Virus record (IMG/VR): IMGVR_UViG_3300037155_000029 | Coordinates: 1-51,789 of that record | Direction: 5' to 3' (one strand) | Length of the DNA: 51,789 nucleotides | DNA from: a virus | Lineage: Duplodnaviria; Caudoviricetes | Part shown: positions 1 to 9,636 of the stretch, in pieces | Position numbering within the stretch: position 1 is the stretch's first letter | How the letters are laid out: each line of letters begins with the position of its first letter | Program-made: the position numbers and the translations under genes | The notes under the pieces: model-generated | What the model was told of the DNA's origin: nothing | Databases searched by the model: none | The model's input: the letters and a program-made list of their open reading frames with translations, nothing else

Positions 1-127
1 TTTCATTAGCTTTTGCTTATTATAAGGTAACCACTTGACGGATTGCCCGTCATATCAAAATGAATTGTATCTAAAAGACCGTCAATAAATGTGAATAATG
101 GCATCTGTTGAAGTTGGTAACTATTAT
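1..127. repeat. Terminal direct repeat (circular assembly overlap), copy 1
   Basis: Identical to 51663-51789. The stop of ORF 6..677 overlaps the start of the fibre gene at 51668 (TAATG on minus), so gene order is continuous across the junction. Confidence 0.95.
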
Positions 128-677
128 TTGCGTCCAAAACAATTATACACCGAACATTTGGATCTTCGCCGTAAATCTCAGCGTAATTAATCGTTTTCGC
201 TGCATCTTCTGGATCGACCTGAGTAGTTTGGTAATTTACAATTGTGGGGTTATCAATAGAGGTGAAGGGAACTTTTTTAGCGTTCGCAGTATTTCTCCAA
301 AGCACTTCTAAATTGATCGTTTCAATATAGCTTCTGGCTGATCTGTCAAGAATCTCATAGCGAATAGGTGGCATCCATTGTGATTTACCGTCACCAATTG
401 ACCGAAAAACTATTCCTGCGAATCCTGTTGTCGGTGGTATTCCGGTTTCAAAATCGTCATGTACGGTTAGGTCGCTTCCACTTACTCCGGTAATTGAATA
501 TATTCCACCCCAATTAGCAACAAAGTAATCATTTACCACCTTAATCCCCGCCCCTGGTTCTGCAATATTCAAAGGATGAGTAGTGATGGTATAATCCCAA
601 GCAGATACTTGTTTCACGTTTCCGGCCAATGTTGACCATGCAACGATAGGAAGTATATTTTTGGGTGTTGTTATCAT
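6..677 (-). CDS. Hypothetical tail/baseplate-region protein
   Basis: 223-aa ORF translationally coupled to both neighbours in the tail module; no recognised motif. Confidence 0.55.
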   Translation of the reverse strand: MITTPKNILPIVAWSTLAGNVKQVSAWDYTITTHPLNIAEPGAGIKVVNDYFVANWGGIYSITGVSGSDLTVHDDFETGIPPTTGFAGIVFRSIGDGKSQWMPPIRYEILDRSARSYIETINLEVLWRNTANAKKVPFTSIDNPTIVNYQTTQVDPEDAAKTINYAEIYGEDPNVRCIIVLDANNSYQLQQMPLFTFIDGLLDTIHFDMTGNPSSGYLIISKS

Positions 678-1696
678 TATGAAGGTTGAGTAATGATGGA
701 CGATCCGAAAAACAGGTGTACTAATACTTGTGTTTCTATTGTGGCGAAACCTTTAATGGTGGCTACATTGCCATAACGATCATTTTTAAAGTTCATATAG
801 GCTAAGCCTCCGGTCAAATTAGTTGAATCAAAAGTCGCTCCATCGACTGATTCAACAGACATCAAGCACATTTTACGGTGTAGATTGTGAGTAACAACTA
901 AATCTTCCGGTACAACTCCGGCAGCAACGGTAAATCCGGTAGGTACAACAATGGTACCCGCACAACGTCCGGCCACAGTTGAGGCAGATGGTAGGGTAAT
1001 TTGGTATTCGACTTGAATAGCGGCCGCCACCTTTGCTTTTTCTGCATCCGAATAATCGTTTTTTGAAAGCCCGTAACCCGTTACTTTGTCAACCTTTCCG
1101 GATAAATCCTGATCACCTGTATTGTCTCCTGAAAGCGTAGTAATTGAAAGTTTTGATTTTATTGAAGCTAATGTTTCGTCGCCCGTATTTGATCCGCTTA
1201 AGATTGTAATTGACAGCTTGCTTTTGATTGAACTTGTAGTTTCATCGCCCGTGTTCGATCCCGAAAGAGTCATTATTCCTAACTTAGTTTTAATTGTTGC
1301 AGTTGTTTCGTCGCCTGTATTTATGTTAGATAATTCCAATATGACTTTAAACGCTGCAAAAGTAATATATTGAGGTGTGGCCGAAGATCCTGAAGTATTG
1401 CCAATGATTGAAAGTGCATCCATTGAAGCCATTTTTACCAAAGTAACCTGACCATTGGAAAGCGATAATGTACCTATTTTTTCAACCAATGTCTCTAAAA
1501 GAGGGTCGGAATCAACAAACACCCATTCCACACCCGCAATATTAACCGTCAACCATGCGGCACGTGACGCAAAAGGCAGCAAGGATAAAACCTGGGCGGC
1601 ATCCACATAGGGAACGCCGTTATTAAATTTTCGTTCGTCAATATCTGGCAACTGCGAACCGCAATAAAAACCTATTACAATCGGTGTACCTTCCAT
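677..1696 (-). CDS. Tail fibre-like protein with 21-aa repeats
   Basis: About four LSGSNTGDETxxxIKSKLSIT-type repeats plus 'LSGKVDKVTGYGLSKNDYSDAEKAK', a segment typical of phage fibres. Confidence 0.6.
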   Translation of the reverse strand: MEGTPIVIGFYCGSQLPDIDERKFNNGVPYVDAAQVLSLLPFASRAAWLTVNIAGVEWVFVDSDPLLETLVEKIGTLSLSNGQVTLVKMASMDALSIIGNTSGSSATPQYITFAAFKVILELSNINTGDETTATIKTKLGIMTLSGSNTGDETTSSIKSKLSITILSGSNTGDETLASIKSKLSITTLSGDNTGDQDLSGKVDKVTGYGLSKNDYSDAEKAKVAAAIQVEYQITLPSASTVAGRCAGTIVVPTGFTVAAGVVPEDLVVTHNLHRKMCLMSVESVDGATFDSTNLTGGLAYMNFKNDRYGNVATIKGFATIETQVLVHLFFGSSIITQPS

Positions 1697-1699
1697 TTT

Positions 1700-2350
1700 T
1701 TAAAATTTAAAGAGTACATTAAAATTTGTTTGTGTTGTCGGTCTGGTAAGCGTATATCCATAATACAAAACCAAACTTCCCGAAACGGTGAAATAAACCG
1801 TTGACTTAGTAAACCCTGATTTAATTTCAAAATCATTTGTATCTTTTATGCTCGAAAGATTTCCGTAAACAGCTGGATAAAAGAACGCAAAACGTTTAAA
1901 ATTAACAGTATAATTGATGCTTTGATCTGCTTTTAGACCGTTTAAAACGGTCATTGCCTTGACCTCTGACTCTGAAGGTGTAAGACTATCAACCGATCCG
2001 ATATAAGAAGGATAATTGCCCGATGGAGTTATTTCGCCTCCCGGTTGTCCCTGTTCGTTATTTCCGGCTATCACAATCCCAGAAGATCCATTTTGAACCG
2101 TTCCAACAGCCGGACTGTTTGCTAAGAATTTAGTTGCATAAACAATATTACTGTTTTGAGAAATCTGATTAACAAGCTGATCAACCGTTAATGTTTCGTC
2201 CCACGTGAACAATTGACCAGAAATAGGCGAAACATTGATATTATCAATGTCATTATCTTGTAATAACTTAATCATAAAATCTAAACTGCCATAGGTATTC
2301 AGGCAAATATCCAATAGATTCTGACCTTCGACCGCTTTATATTGTAACAT
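1700..2350 (-). CDS. LysM/tail-X-like baseplate protein with C-terminal extension
   Basis: N-terminal 'EGQNLLDICLNTYGSLD...LLQDN' is LysM-like; baseplate context. Confidence 0.6.
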   Translation of the reverse strand: MLQYKAVEGQNLLDICLNTYGSLDFMIKLLQDNDIDNINVSPISGQLFTWDETLTVDQLVNQISQNSNIVYATKFLANSPAVGTVQNGSSGIVIAGNNEQGQPGGEITPSGNYPSYIGSVDSLTPSESEVKAMTVLNGLKADQSINYTVNFKRFAFFYPAVYGNLSSIKDTNDFEIKSGFTKSTVYFTVSGSLVLYYGYTLTRPTTQTNFNVLFKF

Positions 2351-2639
2351 TTGTTTCGATTATTAGTTTTCCTGTATTATCGTAGTTCACTTTTGGACTC
2401 GCCTTGTATCCATCTGACTGAAGTTGTATTTTCATTGACCGCTCTAATTCTTGTTGAATATCCCGGCCTTTAAGATAACTCATAATTGAAACACCGTCTG
2501 ATGGGTTTTCCTTCCACCATCCCGGAGCCGCATTAATAGTGTCAACAATATGCTGATCGTCACTTTCAACAAGGATTAAATCGCTGTTGGAAATAACAAT
2601 ATCGTTATCGTTTAACTGTATGTCAAATCTATTTGCCAT
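2337..2639 (-). CDS. Baseplate wedge/sheath initiator (gp25/gp46-like)
   Basis: 100 aa with 'PGWWKENPSDGVSI' motif, located after the spike gene. Confidence 0.6.
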   Translation of the reverse strand: MANRFDIQLNDNDIVISNSDLILVESDDQHIVDTINAAPGWWKENPSDGVSIMSYLKGRDIQQELERSMKIQLQSDGYKASPKVNYDNTGKLIIETNVTI

Positions 2640-3174
2640 GTTTAATTACCGGATTTTCAATGTCAGATATTTTTGTCTCTTTTATTCTGTCTACCATCCA
2701 TTTTGCAGCTATCATTTTTAATGCGGCCCCGCCATCTGAGGGAATTACAGCCCATGTCGAAAAGGCTGTTTTTAATGAGTTTAAATCCTTTTCAACAGCA
2801 TTCAATCTATCGACTGTCTCTTTGATTTTCAACAGTCCCCCAAATGAACCATCGTTTAGTTTTATCAGCGTTTTAGCATCTAAAGTAATATTTTCAATTT
2901 CTGAATATTGACAAACGAACGGTTCAATATTTTGTGAAAAGATTACTTTTACGGTTGATCCAATTACAGGCTCAAACAAAATACCATCATCTACAACAGC
3001 CATTAATTTAACGGTCGGCAGTTCATATTCAGTGTGACCATCAATAGCAGTGCAGGAGCAGATTCTTTTCGATACATCTACGCTACTAACGGTAACGTTG
3101 ATATAACAAACCTGATCGACCTTATGCAAGCCTAACAATCTTTCAAGTGCCTCTCTTATTCCCCTGTCACTCAT
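2629..3174 (-). CDS. Baseplate spike (gpV-like)
   Basis: OB-fold-like N-terminus ('PVIGSTVKV'), 'LNDGSFGGLLKI' and C-terminal 'IENPVIKHG'; follows the hub gene. Confidence 0.6.
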   Translation of the reverse strand: MSDRGIREALERLLGLHKVDQVCYINVTVSSVDVSKRICSCTAIDGHTEYELPTVKLMAVVDDGILFEPVIGSTVKVIFSQNIEPFVCQYSEIENITLDAKTLIKLNDGSFGGLLKIKETVDRLNAVEKDLNSLKTAFSTWAVIPSDGGAALKMIAAKWMVDRIKETKISDIENPVIKHGK

Positions 3175-4376
3175 ACTAATATACGATAATGCAATTCGAT
3201 AACTTGTCTTAATCCGCCCATTCCACCAGAATATTCTACACCCTTAACCTTATATAGTCCATTTCGTTCCGGTAAAACGGGGTCAATTAACTGTACGTTG
3301 TCACCCATTTTTACAAATGGTATTCCAAAAGTAGTAAATTTTCCTTTAAATCCTGTATAATAAAATTTTCTTAAAAACTCAGTTCCAACGGATATTAATT
3401 CTTTGATTGACTTTGCACCCGGGAAAGGCTGGGTGATTCGTTCGCCCCCTGTATTTGGTGGATAGTCTTCACCTTTTTTCTTAATAAAAACAGTCGGTTC
3501 AGCTGCTCCATTTTGAAATGTAATCAAAACTTCCATTCTGTTGCATTTTGTTTTCGGGTTGCCATCTTTTGTCATTTCGCCCGTTTCTTCTTCGTTTTTA
3601 TTTGAAGCAACGCAACTTAAAACCAAATCATCTTTTCTTCGATAATCAAGTTCATCGCTTATGATTGTATGCTGAAATGTAAAGGTATGCTTCTGTGCTT
3701 CACTTTCGATATAAATATTCATTCCGCAACGCAATTCATCGCCTCGAAAAGTCGATTCAAAATAGTATTGTTTTTGAAGTCGTGCTAATACTTCGGCGAC
3801 CGTTTCATTTCCTACCATAAAAACGCCAAATGTCGTCTCGGTTAAAGAATTAACCGTGTATTTTGTCCCTTTTAATAGAAATTTTAAAATACTTTCCAGC
3901 GTATCGGTCGCCTTAAATGTGTGAATCGGTGCAGGGATCTGTTTTAATTTCCACATATTGTCTTCAATCAAAAATTCAATAGGTTTTTTGGATGTAACCT
4001 TTGAAATAAAGCCAGTAAACAAATGTGAATTTTTCTTGCTATTGTAAGTGCCTTCAAACCTTTCTTTGTTGTCTCTGAAAAATTTATAACCGTAATCAAT
4101 CGTAACAGCGTCCCCTCGCATTAATAACGGCGAAGACGTGAAACCTCCAATGTTTACATTTGTACCCCAAAGCGGCTGCCGTTTGCCGTTTGTATTGACA
4201 TAATATAAATTTTTAGGAATGATTATTTTGCCGTCATTCGTCATATCTCTCCATGTATCTGCGCATTCAAATTCATTCACAAAATCAAAATAAAGCGTTT
4301 TGTTTCTCGGTAACGCCCCTGGTGTTTTGAGTTGCGTCAACTGCTGAATTGTTATATTTGTAAATACTCTATACAT
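3171..4376 (-). CDS. Baseplate hub / late control D-like protein
   Basis: 'LFTGFISKV...IEDNMWKLKQ' and 'GKFTTFGIP...GDNVQLID...GLYKVKGV' pattern. Confidence 0.7.
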   Translation of the reverse strand: MYRVFTNITIQQLTQLKTPGALPRNKTLYFDFVNEFECADTWRDMTNDGKIIIPKNLYYVNTNGKRQPLWGTNVNIGGFTSSPLLMRGDAVTIDYGYKFFRDNKERFEGTYNSKKNSHLFTGFISKVTSKKPIEFLIEDNMWKLKQIPAPIHTFKATDTLESILKFLLKGTKYTVNSLTETTFGVFMVGNETVAEVLARLQKQYYFESTFRGDELRCGMNIYIESEAQKHTFTFQHTIISDELDYRRKDDLVLSCVASNKNEEETGEMTKDGNPKTKCNRMEVLITFQNGAAEPTVFIKKKGEDYPPNTGGERITQPFPGAKSIKELISVGTEFLRKFYYTGFKGKFTTFGIPFVKMGDNVQLIDPVLPERNGLYKVKGVEYSGGMGGLRQVIELHYRILV

Positions 4377-4380
4377 TTGA

Positions 4381-4551
4381 CTGTAAATTCGTTATATGTA
4401 GAATTGTGTTGGTGAAATATTTCATTCGATTGTCAGACACATATTGTTTGTTGATAATCAGCAACTTACAAATTAAGCTCTTAATATTATGTAGTTTCTT
4501 TACTCTCGTTTCTTAACTCGTTGATAATCAGCGTATTTAGTTTTTGTATTT
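4381..4551. repeat. Intergenic element copy 1 (homologous to 18576-18746)
   Basis: Colinear at a constant offset of 14195; two TTGATAATCA boxes 70 nt apart and AATTCGTTATATGTAG are shared. Confidence 0.8.
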
Positions 4552-4586
4552 TACTCAAAATATTGAACATCAGACAATATACATTG

Positions 4587-5261
4587 TTACATTCCTGCAA
4601 TTCTTAATTCTTGCGGTGTATCTGAAATGGCGTTTAAACTAAAAACCTGATAGGAATAACTACCCTCTTCCTGTTCAAAACTCCGATCTTCAAAAACAAC
4701 GGACTGAATACCCATATATCCAAGATGACGGGAAATCACGGGAATGGCACACGGTGCTTTAATTACTTCCATTAATTGAGCAACCTGTTCTCCCGGATAG
4801 TGTCCATTTCCGCCCGTCATAACGCCCCTGAATGATATTTGAGCGTCTCCCTCTCCGATATACTCTTTTACCGTTCCGTTTCTGCCTTGTATTTCGGTTT
4901 TGACAATATTTCTGGGAAAAGAAACGCTAACTAAAATTGATTCAAAGCTCAATCTTGGGGTTGTGATTTCTTTATTGTTTACATCTGTATATTTAACGGA
5001 GACAAATGTAACCTGAGTCCAAACAGGCAAACCGAAGTCATTTGAAAGTGCATTTCCATGTGAGTCTTTTAACGGTTCATCTGGTGAGTTGGCATATTTT
5101 TGATAAGACGTAATTTTCCCAACATAAGGATTATTGTCTGGTGCGTATTTGCGTGAATCCTGAGCTATGCCAGTGGCAATAATACCTGCCGTTCTTGCAC
5201 CGATTAATACAATCTGCTGTGGTGTCACCCTTGGGATAATAAATTCTTTTACTGTTGTCAT
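4587..5261 (-). CDS. Tail tube initiator-like protein (DUF6046-like)
   Basis: 'RNIVKTEIQGRNGTVKEYIGEGD' motif; immediately after tape measure. Confidence 0.7.
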   Translation of the reverse strand: MTTVKEFIIPRVTPQQIVLIGARTAGIIATGIAQDSRKYAPDNNPYVGKITSYQKYANSPDEPLKDSHGNALSNDFGLPVWTQVTFVSVKYTDVNNKEITTPRLSFESILVSVSFPRNIVKTEIQGRNGTVKEYIGEGDAQISFRGVMTGGNGHYPGEQVAQLMEVIKAPCAIPVISRHLGYMGIQSVVFEDRSFEQEEGSYSYQVFSLNAISDTPQELRIAGM

Positions 5262-5264
5262 AAC

Positions 5265-6911
5265 TTACATAGTAGCATTAACTAAACTATTGTTTGCCGC
5301 ACCCGTGAAAACAGCGGTTAATTTTTCCTTGAGGCTTCCGATGCCCTCTTTAATATTCATTGTCGAAATGGTAAGATTTGGCATTATTGCGCCGTTATAG
5401 GCAACGTGAATATTGATTGTTTTTTGCCCCTCTGCTTTTGTTTTGGGAGTTGCTACCGGACTTTCGGGTTTTGTGGGAGTTGCTCCGGCTTTGTTTTTAG
5501 GGATTAATCCGCCTGTTAAATCTAATCCTTTTATTCCCGGCATAACTGCAAGTCCACCCATCATACCATAGCCGCCCTGATCTCCTGAACCAATTACAGA
5601 AGCGTTTTGATAATCTTTTGATTTATTATGCCAAATATCAGCGGCCTGATTTGCAGAATCTCTTACATTGTCAACATAATCCTTTAACCCTTGTTTCAGC
5701 ATTTTGCCCCTATCAATAGGAATCATCAAAACACCCAAAATTATTTCACCGGTTGCCTTCCACAGTTTTATAGCAAAATTAAGAGCTAATTTCATATAAT
5801 CCCAAGTTGCGCTCATTGCATTTGTGAAACCGCCGAAATGATGAGATAAGGCAATTACGCCCGCCGTTAATGCAGCCACAGCGAGAACAATCTCAGGAAT
5901 ACCCGTTGACCAAAGAGCCGCACTAAAAAGCCATGTAACCGCTGTTAATGCCGTCCCTGCAATAGTGAGAAAATTGGCCGCTATGCCTAATGCCCATAAT
6001 CCTATTGCGCTCGCATGAGTGTAAATTGTAATAGCCATTAATGCTGTACTAACCGATGCAAGCTCAATAGCTGTATCTGTAATTATTTGTTTGTGATCAC
6101 TCATCCAGCCATACATTTCTTTAATCCATCCGACTAATGAACTTATGCCGCTTGCTATTCCCTCAATAGTTGGAAGCAACTCTTTCATCATTGATTCAAC
6201 CCATTCACCCGTCACAAGTTTAGCCCGCTCCATGAGTTTGTTATACTTTGACATAATATCAGCGTTGAACATCTTTTCGGCAACGCCGGCATAACCAGAA
6301 TGCGCTATTGCTTCCATCATAAATTTTTGCGCTTGAATAAGTTTGCCGCTTGCTTGCAACGTTTCAATAGTTTTCTTTTCCTGAGCCGTAAACATCACAC
6401 CGTATCGCATCATTTTTTGAAGACCTTCAGCCGGATCGTTTAACGCTTTGCCATACATAATTGCAGTTTCAGAAAGCCCGTGATTTGTCTGTTTTGCAAT
6501 ATCGGCAACCAATCCCATAGACTGAGCGAAAACGTCTTTAGTGATTGCGGGAAAAGTCAACATCTGAGACTGCATATCTGTAACCTCGGCGCGACTGGCT
6601 TGTATTTTATTTGAAAGTTCAACGGCGTAGCCTTGCAGGTCTTTCATTCCCATTCCTGCGGCTCCATTTGTTGATTCTAAGTTGGCCTCAACTTTTGCCG
6701 TTACCTGTTCAAGAGCATGAAATGCCTCAAAGCTTTCTTTAGCAAACGAAACGATTTGATAGGCACCAAAAGCCAACCCTATCGCGCCCGCTATTTTCTG
6801 AACACCCGAAAGTGAGCTTTCAAGTTTATTCGCGTGTTCGGTTGCCGACTGAATGCCGGATGAAAGGTTCCCCTTCATATTGAGGACATATTCAACTAAG
6901 GTGCTACTCAT
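5265..6911 (-). CDS. Tape measure protein
   Basis: Ala-rich helical protein with 'GKALNDPAEGL' motif and hydrophobic segments; follows the chaperone. Confidence 0.85.
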   Translation of the reverse strand: MSSTLVEYVLNMKGNLSSGIQSATEHANKLESSLSGVQKIAGAIGLAFGAYQIVSFAKESFEAFHALEQVTAKVEANLESTNGAAGMGMKDLQGYAVELSNKIQASRAEVTDMQSQMLTFPAITKDVFAQSMGLVADIAKQTNHGLSETAIMYGKALNDPAEGLQKMMRYGVMFTAQEKKTIETLQASGKLIQAQKFMMEAIAHSGYAGVAEKMFNADIMSKYNKLMERAKLVTGEWVESMMKELLPTIEGIASGISSLVGWIKEMYGWMSDHKQIITDTAIELASVSTALMAITIYTHASAIGLWALGIAANFLTIAGTALTAVTWLFSAALWSTGIPEIVLAVAALTAGVIALSHHFGGFTNAMSATWDYMKLALNFAIKLWKATGEIILGVLMIPIDRGKMLKQGLKDYVDNVRDSANQAADIWHNKSKDYQNASVIGSGDQGGYGMMGGLAVMPGIKGLDLTGGLIPKNKAGATPTKPESPVATPKTKAEGQKTINIHVAYNGAIMPNLTISTMNIKEGIGSLKEKLTAVFTGAANNSLVNATM

Positions 6912-7098
6912 TAGGAAAATTTAACCTGGTGTATTGTTTCTAAATAAAACTTTGTTTGTCCCCACGCTTCGTAAAACTCATCCTCTGTCATTGCTTCGAT
7001 TTCAGATTTTGATAAACGAAAACAGCCCTTAATCAGAGCTGTCATTCGTGGGTGCGACGCACTCGAATTTGTTATTTCGTAATCAGCTATTTTTTTTT
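6911..7098 (-). CDS. Tail assembly chaperone -1 frameshift extension (G-T type)
   Basis: A9 run at 7090-7098 before the chaperone stop. The -1 frame reads IADYEITNSS...HQVKFS* and its stop overlaps the tape measure ATG. Confidence 0.75.
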
Positions 7099-7470
7099 AT
7101 AGCTGTTCTTAACAACTTCAATAATCTCAACACAAGTACCGACAACTCCAAGCCTGTAATCATCATTTGCCGGATAGTCTTCGTATGTACGTGGATCGCT
7201 TTCTTCTTGTAGTGTGATAATTTCCCGCAAAGCATCTCCAGCCGAAAACATACCAACAGAGGCAACCTTATCCAGAATGTAAATCTTTTGAACAAAAATA
7301 GGCTCTTTTAAATAGGCAACTACTCGCTCGTTTGTAGCCGGATTGATTCCAATGTGAAGATGAACTTTCGGGACACTGTATTTCTTTGCCAATTCAGCGG
7401 CGATAGCTTCAAATTCGGCAATTTCTTCCGGTGTCAAATTCTTTGATAAAATGGGTTCTGCTTTTTTCAT
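7087..7470 (-). CDS. Tail assembly chaperone
   Basis: Lies between tube and tape measure; ends in a slippery site (YKKK). Confidence 0.75.
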   Translation of the reverse strand: MKKAEPILSKNLTPEEIAEFEAIAAELAKKYSVPKVHLHIGINPATNERVVAYLKEPIFVQKIYILDKVASVGMFSAGDALREIITLQEESDPRTYEDYPANDDYRLGVVGTCVEIIEVVKNSYKKK

Positions 7471-7880
7471 CGTGTAATTGCTCCAATGATTAATGGTATT
7501 TTAACAGTCAATTTAGTGTCACCCTCTTTTGCGGTAAAGGGATCTTCCAAAAATTCAACTGCTCTCAGGGTGTCTTTTGTCGCATCTGCAACAGAATTAC
7601 CGTAAAGAACCGGAATATCAAACCATCCAATTGCCAAAGGGTCGCGCGACGGAGCGGCCTTAATTACTCGCTTCCATTCATCGAGATAAATTTCAATTGA
7701 ACCGTCGTATTCCTTTTTGCCGTAACCACGCGAAACGGGTTCTGTACCCGCTCCGTAGTTGTTTGTCTTAGCCTGTTTGCGTTTGTATTCAATATTCACA
7801 ATCCCGGCAACAGGAACGCCAAAGAGAACAAAAGATATTGAACTCCAAGAATATGCGACTCCGTTAATAAGTGGTGTCAT
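7467..7880 (-). CDS. Tail tube protein
   Basis: 'LINGVAYSWSSI...YGAGTEPVSRGYG' motif; follows the sheath gene. Confidence 0.8.
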   Translation of the reverse strand: MTPLINGVAYSWSSISFVLFGVPVAGIVNIEYKRKQAKTNNYGAGTEPVSRGYGKKEYDGSIEIYLDEWKRVIKAAPSRDPLAIGWFDIPVLYGNSVADATKDTLRAVEFLEDPFTAKEGDTKLTVKIPLIIGAITR

Positions 7881-7886
7881 AATATT

Positions 7887-9413
7887 TTATTTAAAAGAGA
7901 TTGGTACTTGAATATTTCTTGCAATGCCGTTGGCATTTAACTGAACATTAATAACCAATAAACTTGTGGTTACAACGTTCTGAGTAGGATCAATGTAAAC
8001 ATCTGACTCGACAACCTCGCCTAAATCCTGATCGCGTGCCATTTGATACAGCGGTTGCAAGGCTGTATTTTCAAAGAAAGCAACCGAAGTGTCTGCAAGT
8101 GTTCCGTCTGCATTTTTCAGAATCTTACTTTTTAGGTAGGGAACTAAAGCGGCATAAATCCCGCGAATAGCTTTATCAATTACCCTGTTGTCATTGATAT
8201 AGGCATAGTCAGAACTTAAAGCAACAGCACAATGATTGTCATTAAAGTAAGTCCCGGCATAACCCCCGTACTTTTGTCCGAAGATATGCCTATTTGCATC
8301 AATCGCATCGAGAGCGGCATCCGACAAAGCGGCGGCACTCAAAAGTTGACCATTTGCAAAGGCGGGAACATCATTCTCTATTCCGTTTGAAATATTGAAT
8401 TTTGCAGGTTGCCCGAAATCTTCAGAAACGGCACTCAAAGAAAGCATACCCAATGCAATGCCCAAATGAGTAACCGATTTACCTGTCACATAGAAAAGAT
8501 AAGCACCTAATCCGGCACCATCCTGACCAATGATCGAACTGACTTTATTTGCAGTCAATACTGTGAGGTCTGCAATGGTTGTAATGTCGGCGGTAGCCTG
8601 TAAATTGGCTGCATAAAGAGCCGAAAGAGGTTTATGCCTTGCATCATTGTAAATTTTGATTATTCCGTCAATTGCGGTCAAATCTCCACTTGCATAAGCT
8701 GCTGAATCTTTGAAAATACCAACCTGGCGAATCTTTCCGGCGGCGGCTGTTTGCAAAAGTGTAATTTCTGCAAATGTGTAAGGCGAAGGAACTGGAAAGA
8801 ATCCAACCCAAAGAATTGAGTTTGGATTACCTCTGAAAAATTCAGCAATATGATAATGCCAAACAGCCTGTTTTGAAGCAACACCCGCTGAAAATTGGGT
8901 AATTGTGTTTGTCATCGTTGCACCGGCTGACAATGTAACTACAATTGGAGTGCCTGAATTTAGGAAAACACCTAATCCGGGACGTGCGGTAATTGCGACA
9001 GATCCAGAAGTATCAACAGAGGTGTAACCATGCGTTTTGGTTCCTGCGTTGATTATTGCGGCGATTGCATCACCCACCTTTGTAACGGTTGAATCGCCTG
9101 AAATCTTTGTATAAGTTCCCAGATCGACAATAACGCCAAGCGGCTCAGTAACCTTAATGTTGATTGTGTCGCCATTGGTGCCAATACCCGTAATCACAAT
9201 AGCGCCCGCCGCCTTTGTTTCGTCTGCATAATCTGCCAGTATTCCGGCACTTTCAGCGTCAACAATAGAGAAAAACTGCTTTGTGTTATTCGTAGTTGTA
9301 AAACCCGAAGGCAAAGAGCCAGTATATAAAATAAGCCCCGAAATGAAATCTTCGCCGGCTGCTACCCGATTACTCGCTCCTCGTCCTTTGATAAATGTGA
9401 TATTACTTCTCAT
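7887..9413 (-). CDS. Contractile tail sheath protein (DUF2586-like)
   Basis: 508 aa; 'GTYFND...SDYAYINDNRVIDKAIR' and C-terminal 'GIARNIQVPISF'. Confidence 0.8.
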   Translation of the reverse strand: MRSNITFIKGRGASNRVAAGEDFISGLILYTGSLPSGFTTTNNTKQFFSIVDAESAGILADYADETKAAGAIVITGIGTNGDTINIKVTEPLGVIVDLGTYTKISGDSTVTKVGDAIAAIINAGTKTHGYTSVDTSGSVAITARPGLGVFLNSGTPIVVTLSAGATMTNTITQFSAGVASKQAVWHYHIAEFFRGNPNSILWVGFFPVPSPYTFAEITLLQTAAAGKIRQVGIFKDSAAYASGDLTAIDGIIKIYNDARHKPLSALYAANLQATADITTIADLTVLTANKVSSIIGQDGAGLGAYLFYVTGKSVTHLGIALGMLSLSAVSEDFGQPAKFNISNGIENDVPAFANGQLLSAAALSDAALDAIDANRHIFGQKYGGYAGTYFNDNHCAVALSSDYAYINDNRVIDKAIRGIYAALVPYLKSKILKNADGTLADTSVAFFENTALQPLYQMARDQDLGEVVESDVYIDPTQNVVTTSLLVINVQLNANGIARNIQVPISFK

Positions 9414-9417
9414 TTAT

Positions 9418-9636
9418 TTATTTTTTTGGTCGTCCTTTCGAACGTGGTTTATCTTCTTTGAGACTTTCGTCCCCATTATCAACAATCAGAAGTTCATCGC
9501 CTCGGTTTATTTCTTCACCTCCGTTATGTGGATGCAGGTGAAAATTGCCGTCTTTTGTTACCCAAATGGTTTCAACATTGGGTAACGCTGCGAAAACATC
9601 TTTAGGATCGTGATACATCTTAATTGATCCTTGCAA
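9418..9636 (-). CDS. Small hypothetical virion-module protein
   Basis: Coupled ORF ending in KGRPKK; the true start may be the second Met. Confidence 0.5.
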   Translation of the reverse strand: MQGSIKMYHDPKDVFAALPNVETIWVTKDGNFHLHPHNGGEEINRGDELLIVDNGDESLKEDKPRSKGRPKK

